Positions 17,463-25,770 of a stretch of 31,729 nucleotides of DNA are shown piece by piece (the stretch's first letter is position 1; each line of letters begins with the position of its first letter). The stretch lies in IMG/VR virus record IMGVR_UViG_3300045988_181180. The stretch is one strand, 5' to 3'. The position numbers and the translations under genes are program-made. The notes under the pieces are model-generated. The model saw nothing but the letters and a program-made list of their open reading frames with translations. It searched no databases and was not told the origin of the DNA. Source of the stretch: a virus (Duplodnaviria > Heunggongvirae > Uroviricota > Caudoviricetes).

Positions 17463-19064
17463 CTATAGCATGGAACCCGTGGCGATGTAGCCATCAGCCT
17501 GAGGGTATTTCTCCATGCCAATCATGAGCGTGTCGTAGGCATCGGAGCCATCGGTGCGAGCCTCCAACTTATCCTCCTCGGTCTCAGCCAGCTTCTCGCC
17601 TCGCTTATCCTTCTTGCCGTTGTAGACCCCGGCCAGGCGGATGGAGATGAGCAGGTCTTCGTTGTTCTCGCTGTTGATCATCGAGCGATGCTCAGCCTTG
17701 CCGAGGAACATGCGGTTGAGCAGAAGCATCTTTTCGAGATGTCCCATCGGGTTGCCCAGATAGACCTCGTTGACATACCAGCCATGGTCGGTGAGGTAGT
17801 CGGTGATGAAGGTATGGAAGTCATCGTTCATCAGGGCGTAGTTGTTGCCCACGAAGGTGGAGTCGTAGTAGAAGTTGACCTCTTTGCACCGATGGTACTC
17901 ATAGTACTGCATGAACTTGTCGAGCAGGGCTGGCAGCTTCTCCTCATACTTCACGAAGATGCTCTTGAGGCAGCGTGCCTCGCCCCGCAGGTTGTCTTGT
18001 CCGACGGCTATCCAGTTGATGAGGGCGTTGGCATCGAAGGCGATGCAGAGCGGACGGTCGGGGTCAACGTCGGCATCCATTCTGGAATCTACATGCTTGA
18101 GCTTGTCGATGTCGTAGCCCAAGCCATCGAGGTAGGCGAGGTTGGGCGCCGTGTATAGGTTGGCATCCCTGAGGTTGGAGTAGAAGCCATCGAGCGAGAT
18201 GGAAGGTCGCTTGCACATGATGGAGGTCTGGAAGGTGAGGGCAGGGAGGTCTCGCTTCATCTGCTTGATGAACTCCATGCCGAGCACCTCGATGTTATAG
18301 ACCGATGAGTACTCTTTATAGAAGAGTGCCTTGGAGCGCAGTTGCGCCAGGAGCTGACCAATCTCTCGGAGTCGGCGCTGGGCATAGCCTGAGACATGGC
18401 CCGAGGTCTTGATGCGGTTGCGTATGTCATACTCCTCTACCACGAGCGAGGCGATGGCGTCGATGAGCTGCTGGTCGCAGTCTTTCTTGTAGTTGAGGAA
18501 CCAGGAGCCCTTCTTGGTCACGGGCATATCAGAGGTGATGAGCATGCCATGGTGGTAGTAGTGCTGGCCGAAGAGGTTGACGTTGCCTCGATTGGCAGGG
18601 AAGGTCTCGTCTTTGAGCTGTTCGAAGTTGATGAACTTCGCCTCGTCGATGTCGAGGTAGTCGAGCGAGAGGGAGTTGGAGGTACCCTTGCGGTCTTGCG
18701 AGATGATGGTACCGATGGAGCCGTTATAGAATGAGATGGTGTTCTCCCAGTTGCTGGGCGGTATGACCGGGTCGGGCCATCCCAGTTTTTTGGGAGGCTT
18801 GACCCCGATGAGATAATGCTTGCCCCGGTGGAAGCCCCATCGCTCCCAGTGCTGAAGCATCGACGGTATGGTGTTGGTGAGGCATCGCTTGGTGTTGGCG
18901 GATACGAAGCCGCCGTTGCTGCCAGGCATGCGCTGCATGTTGCGCAGGTTGAAGGTGGCGTGGAGAATGCTCTTGCCGATGCCTCGACCGCCCACGACCA
19001 CGTTGTCGCGGGCGGAGATGAGGTTGACCTCCATCTGGGCTGGGTTGAGATATTGATCTATCAT
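17463..19064 (-). CDS. Terminase large subunit
   Basis: 533 aa; Walker A VVVGGRGIGKSIL near the N-terminus and Walker B-like LDYLDIDEA; ATGA overlap with the upstream gene. Confidence 0.8.
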   Translation of the reverse strand: MIDQYLNPAQMEVNLISARDNVVVGGRGIGKSILHATFNLRNMQRMPGSNGGFVSANTKRCLTNTIPSMLQHWERWGFHRGKHYLIGVKPPKKLGWPDPVIPPSNWENTISFYNGSIGTIISQDRKGTSNSLSLDYLDIDEAKFINFEQLKDETFPANRGNVNLFGQHYYHHGMLITSDMPVTKKGSWFLNYKKDCDQQLIDAIASLVVEEYDIRNRIKTSGHVSGYAQRRLREIGQLLAQLRSKALFYKEYSSVYNIEVLGMEFIKQMKRDLPALTFQTSIMCKRPSISLDGFYSNLRDANLYTAPNLAYLDGLGYDIDKLKHVDSRMDADVDPDRPLCIAFDANALINWIAVGQDNLRGEARCLKSIFVKYEEKLPALLDKFMQYYEYHRCKEVNFYYDSTFVGNNYALMNDDFHTFITDYLTDHGWYVNEVYLGNPMGHLEKMLLLNRMFLGKAEHRSMINSENNEDLLISIRLAGVYNGKKDKRGEKLAETEEDKLEARTDGSDAYDTLMIGMEKYPQADGYIATGSML

Positions 19065-19690
19065 AGTGCTTTGTCCTCCTTGACTTCTTCTGTAGGTGTA
19101 TATTCCAAGAGCTGTTCGTCGTAGTCCTCGGCCTCGATCTTGACGAGATCCATGGAGTTGTCGGTGTATTTCTTGACGAGCTTCTTGATGGTCTGCATCA
19201 CGTTAGGGATGCGCTTGAGACCCAAGTGTCGTGGGTCGGTGGTAGGGATGAAGACCTGAGGCTGTATCTGGTCGTAGCCGTTGTCGGTAGGATCCTCTTT
19301 GTCGAGCAGGTGATATTTGCCGTATGCAGCTGCGGCGGCAGCCATGGCTCGGGCATCGCCCATGGAGTCGGCCTTGTCGTAGGTGCGCTGTATCATCTGG
19401 TCGAAGCGATAGCGGGCGAAGTCTTTTGACACTTTTTGCAGGTTGCCCAATATGAGCTTGATGAGGTGCAGGTCGTTGTAAGCCATCATGCGCTGCACCT
19501 TGTAGTCGTGCATATCTTTATAGACCAGCTCTTGGTCGCTCTTGCGAGGGTTGATGAGCCACCAGGCATAGAGGGCACGGATGCGCAAAATGCGGTCGCG
19601 CACTGGGGCGGGCACATTTTGCGCATCCATCTCTTCGGGTGTGCGGTCCATCAGTTCGATGATGGCATCGATGTTGGCGGGTTCTCTCAT
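19061..19690 (-). CDS. Hypothetical protein, terminase small subunit candidate
   Basis: 209-aa ORF translationally coupled (ATGA) to both neighbours and directly upstream of the large terminase. Function is inferred from position only. Confidence 0.45.
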   Translation of the reverse strand: MREPANIDAIIELMDRTPEEMDAQNVPAPVRDRILRIRALYAWWLINPRKSDQELVYKDMHDYKVQRMMAYNDLHLIKLILGNLQKVSKDFARYRFDQMIQRTYDKADSMGDARAMAAAAAAYGKYHLLDKEDPTDNGYDQIQPQVFIPTTDPRHLGLKRIPNVMQTIKKLVKKYTDNSMDLVKIEAEDYDEQLLEYTPTEEVKEDKAL

Positions 19691-19968
19691 ATTCTAATCT
19701 CCTCTAACATTTGGTTCAGATATTCGTGTGTGCGCTGCACCGCCTGTGGCGAGCCAGCCGCAGCCAGGTCTAGCTCGTTTTTGCGTATCTGCTGGCGCAC
19801 CGTCGCCATGCCCAAGTAATAGACACGGTGAAGCTCGGAGTCGGGCTTCAGTATCTCGTCACGCAGATCGTCCTCGCTAATATCCAAAAGGACGGACATC
19901 TCGGATATCGGAGTCAACGTCTCCGCGAAGTCTTGCACTTTTTTGAGTAATTCCTGAGAAATTTCCAT
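19687..19968 (-). CDS. Hypothetical small protein
   Basis: 93-aa ORF with ATG start; ATGA overlap with the downstream gene; 92-nt out-of-frame overlap with the upstream 191-aa ORF. Confidence 0.4.
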   Translation of the reverse strand: MEISQELLKKVQDFAETLTPISEMSVLLDISEDDLRDEILKPDSELHRVYYLGMATVRQQIRKNELDLAAAGSPQAVQRTHEYLNQMLEEIRI

Positions 19969-20452
19969 TGATTCTTAAGCTTTGAGTGTCACAATGAAGG
20001 GTATATCCGCCGAAGAGGTCGGCGAAGACCTGCGGGTCGGTGGTGATGATGGTTGACTCGTCACGGCTGCCGTAGGTCTGGTTTTGCGAGGTGACGACCG
20101 ACACGACGTGCTGGTCGTTGCGGAAGAGTGTCACCTTGGAGTGGTTTTGCCCCAGGAACACATCGTCGAAGCAGGTCTGCATCATGCGCCACAGCTGCAC
20201 GGTCTTTTTGCTCGCCTTGACATCGAGCAGCATCGTTGCCGACAGGATGCTGCCCGACTGGCGCATCAGGCGGAAGCCTCGCAGGAACTCCTCGGAGGTG
20301 GAGTAGGAAGACACCCACACATCTGCAGGGCCTATCTGGGAGAGAATCCACTTGATGAGACCGAGGGTGTGGAGGTGCCGCCCGAAGTAGGCTTGCGTCT
20401 GGGCATCGGCGATAGGACGGAGCAGGTCACTGACCTTGACCTTGGTCGGCAT
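19877..20452 (-). CDS. Hypothetical protein
   Basis: 191-aa ORF with ATG start; overlaps the upstream gene by 26 nt. Confidence 0.45.
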   Translation of the reverse strand: MPTKVKVSDLLRPIADAQTQAYFGRHLHTLGLIKWILSQIGPADVWVSSYSTSEEFLRGFRLMRQSGSILSATMLLDVKASKKTVQLWRMMQTCFDDVFLGQNHSKVTLFRNDQHVVSVVTSQNQTYGSRDESTIITTDPQVFADLFGGYTLHCDTQSLRINGNFSGITQKSARLRGDVDSDIRDVRPFGY

Positions 20453-21170
20453 TGGCGGCTAGCTTAGCCTTGGCTACACGGTCACGGTCGGCATTGGTAA
20501 CCTGGTATGAGTCGTAGGTGAGCATGTCGGCACGATAGCGCTTGTCGAGGTCGGAGAGTATCTTGAGAAGCTCGTATCGGTCGCATGGCTCAAGGCGCTC
20601 CATCGTCTTGAGCGTCTCGAAGGTCGATTTAATCTGCTTGTATCGCTTGGCGTTGGCATCCCAGAGAGCGGCAACCTCGGCAGGAAGGAACTCATGGTCG
20701 CTGCGCTTGCCCTTGCGGATGACCGCCACGCCATCGCTCTCGGAGGAAGGCAGCTCGGCATCATCGGTCGAGCCATCATCGTCGATGGAATCGGCATTTT
20801 TTGCGATTTCATTGCCATTTTCGTCGGTTTCATCGGTCTTTTTGGTCGTTTTCTCGGTCGTATCGGTCGTTTCTTCGGTCGTTGCCACAGGTACGCCCTC
20901 ACTGATGATGGCTTGCGCCTCTGGTATGACGATGGCATCCATCTGCTTGACCTCTTCGATGGTCATGCCATCGAGACGAATCTTCAGGAACTTATTCAGC
21001 TCATACTCGATGTTGGTGCGATAAACCTGTGGCTGTCGGGTGGCACGGAAATGGTAGAAGCGATTGCGGTTGAGACGGAAGAGCATGTCTGCGCCCTTGA
21101 TGATGTCAGCGTCGCTCTCGTGCTTGGCATTGAGCCACGCCTGTATCTGTTTGGTGAATTGATGATCCAT
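20427..21170 (-). CDS. Hypothetical protein with an acidic Thr/Asp/Glu-rich central region
   Basis: The track ORF 20427..21302 is trimmed to the ATG at 21170 (MDHQFTKQ...) because the longer form would run through the upstream terminator hairpin and overlap the preceding gene. Confidence 0.45.
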   Translation of the reverse strand: MDHQFTKQIQAWLNAKHESDADIIKGADMLFRLNRNRFYHFRATRQPQVYRTNIEYELNKFLKIRLDGMTIEEVKQMDAIVIPEAQAIISEGVPVATTEETTDTTEKTTKKTDETDENGNEIAKNADSIDDDGSTDDAELPSSESDGVAVIRKGKRSDHEFLPAEVAALWDANAKRYKQIKSTFETLKTMERLEPCDRYELLKILSDLDKRYRADMLTYDSYQVTNADRDRVAKAKLAANADQGQGQ

Positions 21171-21201
21171 ATATAAGAATGTTTTTGATGAAAAGAACAA
21201 A

Positions 21202-21230
21202 GGTGGCTCAGGCACGAAGCGAGAGCCACC
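21202..21230 (-). terminator. Intrinsic-type terminator after the head operon
   Basis: 8-bp perfect stem GGTGGCTC / GAGCCACC with a 13-nt loop, followed on the minus strand by the T-rich TTTGTTCTTTTC. Confidence 0.55.
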
Positions 21231-21286
21231 TAAGCTTTGAAGTTTAAACCGTATGTAGTTATGCAAAAATTTGGGCAAATGAACGT

Positions 21287-21883
21287 TTATGCCGCCTCCC
21301 ATACAGAGCCATCGGAACCCTTGATGTCTCCGGACTCAGTCTCGATCTTGCCAGGATAGAACGGTGTAGGGCAGAAGTCTGTCGCCTCGGTGTTGACGGT
21401 CGTGGTGCAAGCATCGGTCACGCCGCTGCCTGATGCCTGGCTGACGGTAATCTTAGGTGCGAATGCCTCGCAGCCGATGAGACGGGCACGACCCTTGCGG
21501 TCTTGCACCATCATGATGAGCTCGTCGTTGATAGCCATGGTAGCGAAGCCACTGATGTCCTCGTCGGTACCACCCACCACGAACTCGCCTTTGTTGAGGA
21601 ACGTAGCGGAAGGTGCCTCGCCCTGAGTCTCTGCAGTAAAATTGCTCTTGGCATCTACGAGGTCGAGACTGTGCCACTTGGCATCGCTCGCCAAGGTGAA
21701 GTCGCCTGTATATTGAGCCAGCTTAGCTGGGTCTGTGGTCTCGTCAGTTGCCGCTGGCAATGTTGGCCAAGTCAGAATCTGACTCTTCAAGATGAAGAAA
21801 ACACGAGGGCGAACGCCTGGGGCTATGCGAGCCCCAGGACATTTCTTAACTGATTTATATAAATCTTTTGTATTACAAGCCAT
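21287..21883 (-). CDS. Hypothetical head-associated protein (decoration or minor capsid candidate)
   Basis: 198-aa ORF 34 nt downstream of the putative capsid gene; followed by a strong hairpin terminator at 21202..21230. Confidence 0.45.
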   Translation of the reverse strand: MACNTKDLYKSVKKCPGARIAPGVRPRVFFILKSQILTWPTLPAATDETTDPAKLAQYTGDFTLASDAKWHSLDLVDAKSNFTAETQGEAPSATFLNKGEFVVGGTDEDISGFATMAINDELIMMVQDRKGRARLIGCEAFAPKITVSQASGSGVTDACTTTVNTEATDFCPTPFYPGKIETESGDIKGSDGSVWEAA

Positions 21884-21916
21884 AATTTTATCTCCTATAT
21901 ATAATAAGGTGAAACT

Positions 21917-23026
21917 TTACTCCTTGCCCTCAGCTCCGGTATCGTCTGCAGAAGAATTCTTCTGCTCTGCATCGCTAGCTGTGTTGCTGCTTGCAGGATC
22001 AGCACCTGAACCCTTTGTGATGAGCGATGTGGTACCATCGTTTGTGATGAACAGGGCTCGTTCTTTATTGATGCTCTCGTACTGGCAACCTAAGAACTTG
22101 GTGGCGATGAAGTCGAGCTTCCAAGGGTGGTACTTTTCTACGCTGATCTTCTCCTCGTCGCTGTTGTTTGCCTCGTTGACACCCACGAGCATATTGTTGC
22201 GAGTGGTGAGCTGGAAGAACGGAGCGTTCTTCTTGTTGATGAGTGGTACCATCTCAACGTTGTCGAAACCCTCGACGGTGTTGTGGTTGTAACCGGTATT
22301 GTATGGCACATTGCCAAACTTATTGAGGTAGTTGCGGTTGTAGAGATTGATGAACGCCTGTGGAACGTAGAGATAAAGCTTCTCTTCGCCAATCAGTTCT
22401 TCGTCAGCCTCCTCGCAAATGGCCTGTGCGAAGTCAACGGCGTTATCGCTGCTGATATTCTTACCACTGCCCAAAATATCTGAAACTTTGATGAGGTTGC
22501 CGAGGTCTCGAGACAGCTTGCCATTAGTCAACTCAGTCTTGGCGATGGTATCGAAACCATTGAAGAGGTCTTTTGAGCCTTTGCCCTCGTCGTTGCGCAC
22601 GGCATCGAAGAGGTGGAGGTTGAGGTTCTTGCCCAGCTTGAGCGCCAAGAGCTGCAGCACCTGAAGGGTGATTGGCACGTTCTTAAGCGCTTCGCCATTC
22701 ATGGCGTTGGCCCCCCAAATGGTGGAATAAACTGAGTTCGGGGAGAACTTGATGTCAACGTTGCCGAGGAACACCTGCAAAGTGCGAGGTGTAATCTTTA
22801 CGCCACCATCGCCCACGCGGTTCTCGTCGTATGGACCAAACTCTGCGTTGCCGAGCAACTCGCCCACGGTCTCTGAAACTCTGATGCCCGGGCGCAGGGT
22901 CATGTACTTGAGTGACTGAGCCAAGCCTTTGGTAGGCATCGTAATCAACTTCGAACGGTAAGTTTTCGCAGTGTTCTGCAGCTGTACATCGACATCTACA
23001 GGCACAATGAATTTATTATCTGCCAT
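21917..23026 (-). CDS. Putative major capsid protein
   Basis: The track start at 23035 is a TTG; the first ATG is at 23026, 1 nt after the protease stop. 369 aa, immediately downstream of the prohead protease. The call rests on size and position only. Confidence 0.5.
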   Translation of the reverse strand: MADNKFIVPVDVDVQLQNTAKTYRSKLITMPTKGLAQSLKYMTLRPGIRVSETVGELLGNAEFGPYDENRVGDGGVKITPRTLQVFLGNVDIKFSPNSVYSTIWGANAMNGEALKNVPITLQVLQLLALKLGKNLNLHLFDAVRNDEGKGSKDLFNGFDTIAKTELTNGKLSRDLGNLIKVSDILGSGKNISSDNAVDFAQAICEEADEELIGEEKLYLYVPQAFINLYNRNYLNKFGNVPYNTGYNHNTVEGFDNVEMVPLINKKNAPFFQLTTRNNMLVGVNEANNSDEEKISVEKYHPWKLDFIATKFLGCQYESINKERALFITNDGTTSLITKGSGADPASSNTASDAEQKNSSADDTGAEGKE

Positions 23027-23027
23027 A

Positions 23028-24053
23028 TTATGCAAACTGATTTAAAACATCCAACACTTGATCTGAGCAGAAATCCTCGACCTTGGTGTCATCGACAGCA
23101 GTGTGCGTGTCGCCACCAGGCTCTCCCTCCAGATCCTTCACTTTATCCTTCAGGTCATCTCTCTCCTTTTCGAGATTCTTGACCTTAGTCTCTAACTCCT
23201 TCTTCTCGTCCTTGACCTTCTGAAGCTCTGTGTCTTTGTCGGTCACGGCCTTGGAGTCGGCAGCGATCTTATCCTCCAGTTTCTGCATCTGCTCCTGTGA
23301 GATTGTGCAGTTCTTTGCGGAATCTTCTGCCTCAATGCCCTCGATATTGAGGACATTGTTGATGTGAGTCCATTTTTTGATCATATTAATAATTTTATTT
23401 TGTGATTTATCTTTGCCGAATAATCGGTCGATGATGCTTGGCTTTTTATCATACCAGGAGTTAACAACCTCTGGGAGAACAGGAAGGTTGTTGTACTTGA
23501 TGAAGTCTTGCGTCTGCTCGGTGATGTCGGCAGGCTTGCCATCCATGGCTTCATCGACGAGACCCAGTTCGATGCACTCATCGACGGTGTGCCACATCGC
23601 TTCGGACATCACCTTGACGATGTCCTCGTGCTTCTTGCCCGAGCGATCGCAGTAAACGTTGGCGATGATGTTGTCGATTTTCTGCTGGTTCTCTTGCTGT
23701 TTTTGAAGTTGCTCGATGAGCGAGCCTATCTGCTCCTCGTTGAGCGCAGACCACACAAACTGCTCGGTAGAGCACTTGTGTACCAGGAGCAAGCTATATT
23801 TGCTCATGCGAATCTTGCTGGCACCCATCGCACAGATGGTGGCAGCAGAGGCAGAGAAGCCCGCCTGGAAGTCAACGGTCACGTCGCCATGGGACTTGAA
23901 CATCTGACAGATGGCGAGACCTGCGGAGACCTCGCCACCCAAGGAGTCGATGGCAACATCGACGTGCTTATCTTTGTTGGCCTTAAGAACATCGCGAACC
24001 ATGAGCTTGGTCCACGAGCCAATATATCCTGTGATAGAAATTTGGTACTTCAT
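23028..24053 (-). CDS. ClpP-family prohead protease with C-terminal coiled-coil (scaffold-like) extension
   Basis: 341 aa. N-terminal half has ClpP-like motifs (IDSLGGEVSAGLAICQ and FSASAATICAMGA); C-terminal third is a charged heptad-rich coiled coil. -7 box 23 nt upstream. Confidence 0.7.
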   Translation of the reverse strand: MKYQISITGYIGSWTKLMVRDVLKANKDKHVDVAIDSLGGEVSAGLAICQMFKSHGDVTVDFQAGFSASAATICAMGASKIRMSKYSLLLVHKCSTEQFVWSALNEEQIGSLIEQLQKQQENQQKIDNIIANVYCDRSGKKHEDIVKVMSEAMWHTVDECIELGLVDEAMDGKPADITEQTQDFIKYNNLPVLPEVVNSWYDKKPSIIDRLFGKDKSQNKIINMIKKWTHINNVLNIEGIEAEDSAKNCTISQEQMQKLEDKIAADSKAVTDKDTELQKVKDEKKELETKVKNLEKERDDLKDKVKDLEGEPGGDTHTAVDDTKVEDFCSDQVLDVLNQFA

Positions 24054-24087
24054 ATATCTTTGCGATTTTTACGGCGCAAAGATATAT
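24052..24087. promoter_or_regulatory. 36-bp palindromic element: perfect 13-bp inverted repeat ATATATCTTTGCG / CGCAAAGATATAT with a 10-bp spacer, overlapping the protease start
   Basis: Left arm 24052..24064 is the exact reverse complement of right arm 24075..24087. Each arm contains a TATCTTTG -7 box in opposite orientation; the left arm overlaps the start codon. Confidence 0.6.
24077..24084 (-). promoter_or_regulatory. Candidate -7 promoter box (TATCTTTG) for the head operon, inside a 13-bp inverted repeat
   Basis: Plus strand CGCAAAGATA, 23 nt upstream of the protease ATG at 24053. Confidence 0.5.
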
Positions 24088-24113
24088 AATAATGTATAAG
24101 GATAAAAAAACTT

Positions 24114-24533
24114 TTATTGGATGATTTGGAGCGGTTTTATCACGTCAGACCATGTCACGGTATAAGTGATGAGCGATGAGTCTGTGTGTGAGCTTGGCAT
24201 ATTTTCGGTGCGAGTGAGCACCGGGAAGGGACGCTGGTCTCTGCCCAGAAGATAGGCGCACCCATCGGCGGTAGTCACCTTGTAGGCGAGCGGGTGAACC
24301 TCTGAGTCTATCTGCTCGCTCGACTTGAAGGTGAGCTTTGAAGTGAAAATGCGAACCTTGGACTCAATTTTGTCGGTGATTTCACAACTCGACGGCATTT
24401 TGCACTTTATCTGCTGGAAGACTGCACTTGCAGGAATGATGCAAAGATTTTTGGCTGGGAAGATGACAGCCTTGAGGTCATCGGCTCTCACGACCTCAAT
24501 CTTGATGATGTTTTTGATGTATGACATAAGCAT
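24114..24533 (-). CDS. Hypothetical protein
   Basis: 139-aa ORF with ATG start (alternative ATG at 24527). Confidence 0.45.
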   Translation of the reverse strand: MLMSYIKNIIKIEVVRADDLKAVIFPAKNLCIIPASAVFQQIKCKMPSSCEITDKIESKVRIFTSKLTFKSSEQIDSEVHPLAYKVTTADGCAYLLGRDQRPFPVLTRTENMPSSHTDSSLITYTVTWSDVIKPLQIIQ

Positions 24534-24612
24534 GAAAATTTATCTTTTTGTTTGGAATCGACGGATATTTCGGTTTTGTTCGGAGTTGTTTGCAGAGACG
24601 GAAAAATTTGTA

Positions 24613-25197
24613 TTAATCTTTGCTAAATCTTGTTGTAGATGTTAAATTTACGCCTCTTTTTGCGTGTTGATCACGCATTCTGTAGAAACATTGGCGTACG
24701 GTATCCTCGTAATCGATGCCAATGCCATGCTGTTCGCACCATGCCGAAATGAGCGATGAAAGCTTGCATGAGCGGTCGGCGATGTCTTTGAGCGAAGCCC
24801 AGAGATCCATCTTGAAGAGGTCGGAAATCATCTCTTTGACGGCACGTCTGGCACGTGGCCCGAGGTAGTTGAACTCTCGCACAGGCTTAGCCTTGGAGTC
24901 AGGCAGCTCGATGGCAAGATACTCTTCGGGATGGGTGAGCCATCGGCTCTGCTCGAACTCCTCGTCGTGGAAGGTATGCTTGACACTTTGGTGCAGTTGG
25001 CTGGCATCAGCCTGCTGCATCTCTTGGATGTTCTCTTGGTCGATAGGCGATAGGTTGACAACGGGAGGTCTGCTGGTGAACTTGCGGAGCACAGCCACCT
25101 CGTTGCCGATGGCAGGGAAGACCACTGGGTTGCCATAAGCTCGGTAAGCCCATTGTCTGATGTGGGTAGGAACTTTGATGTAAACAATTGGATTCAT
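24613..25197 (-). CDS. Hypothetical protein, first gene after the iteron region
   Basis: The track start at 25209 is a TTG; the ATG at 25197 sits 20 nt downstream of the -7 box at 25218..25225, matching the spacing seen at the other promoters. Confidence 0.45.
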   Translation of the reverse strand: MNPIVYIKVPTHIRQWAYRAYGNPVVFPAIGNEVAVLRKFTSRPPVVNLSPIDQENIQEMQQADASQLHQSVKHTFHDEEFEQSRWLTHPEEYLAIELPDSKAKPVREFNYLGPRARRAVKEMISDLFKMDLWASLKDIADRSCKLSSLISAWCEQHGIGIDYEDTVRQCFYRMRDQHAKRGVNLTSTTRFSKD

Positions 25198-25217
25198 ATA
25201 GCTATGCAATTTTCGTG

Positions 25218-25225
25218 CAAAGATA
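25218..25225 (-). promoter_or_regulatory. Candidate -7 promoter box (TATCTTTG)
   Basis: Plus strand TGCAAAGATA, 20 nt upstream of the ATG at 25197. Confidence 0.45.
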
Positions 25226-25340
25226 CAAAGAAAATTTGAAATAACTAACGATAATCGGTAAAAACTAACTTTTATCAGTAAATTTGGTGTGATATAATTT
25301 CGTCCGAAAAGTTTGTATTTTTGTATCGTACAAACAAGGC

Positions 25341-25590
25341 TCTGTAACTAGCTGATAATCAATACTATTTTTGTGATACAATTTTCTGATACAGAAATTG
25401 TAACTCTTTAGCTTTTGTAACTTGGGGTTTTGTCGAGGTCGAAGACCTGTAGGAGAAGGGGCTTGTTACAAACTTGAAAAACTTTGTAACCGAGTTGTAA
25501 CGCAACTTTGTAAACATCGGCATGGCGGCTTAACTCACTCTTTTTTAGTTATTTACCTCTTTTGCTAACATTATGTTACAGAGTTACAAA
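25341..25590. repeat. Iteron-like cluster of the octamer TTTGTAAC (4 perfect and 5 one-mismatch copies, both orientations); candidate origin or regulator-binding array
   Basis: Perfect copies at 25414..25421 (+), 25465..25472 (-), 25483..25490 (+), 25583..25590 (-). One-mismatch copies at 25341..25348, 25397..25404, 25494..25501, 25507..25514 and 25575..25582. A given 8-mer is expected about 0.008 times in 250 bp on both strands. Confidence 0.65.
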
Positions 25591-25686
25591 GGATTTGTAT
25601 AAAATAAAAGAAAGGGGTGTGGGGAAAACGATGGCACGGGGCGTGAAGGAGGTTAGAAAAGGCCCATCGAGACACCCAGGACACCC

Positions 25687-25700
25687 CCATTGGCCAATGG
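25687..25700. repeat. Perfect 14-bp palindrome CCATTGGCCAATGG
   Basis: Self-complementary 14-mer in the GC-rich part of the noncoding region between the iterons and the primase terminator. Confidence 0.6.
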
Positions 25701-25741
25701 AGGGGTAGCGAGACGAAACATCGCCCATGGCAACGAAAAAA

Positions 25742-25770
25742 GGGAGCGACGGCCAATGCGCATCGCTCCC
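25742..25770 (-). terminator. Intrinsic-type terminator downstream of the primase-helicase gene
   Basis: 8-bp perfect stem GGGAGCGA / TCGCTCCC with a 13-nt loop, followed on the minus strand by TTTTTT (plus-strand A-run 25736..25741). Confidence 0.55.

Noticed and set aside
19065-19080. Shine-Dalgarno-like AGGAGG 10 nt upstream of the large-terminase start (also AGGAGA upstream of 21883)
   Set aside because: Most genes in the element lack any such motif. The terminase one lies inside the upstream coding sequence (encoding ...EEVKED...), so it is probably coincidental rather than evidence for SD-dependent initiation.
20427-21302. Longer form of track ORF 20427..21302 (start at 21302)
   Set aside because: The 44 extra N-terminal codons would run through the terminator hairpin at 21202..21230 and overlap the 3' end of the preceding gene; the internal ATG at 21170 is the likelier start.
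21896-21911. Exact 16-bp repeat TATATATAATAAGGTG at 21896..21911 and 30311..30326, considered as duplicated attachment-site cores
   Set aside because: The left copy lies inside the head operon between the capsid gene and the next gene, so the pair cannot bracket a complete prophage. The sequence is low-complexity AT-rich, so a chance or regulatory match is more likely.
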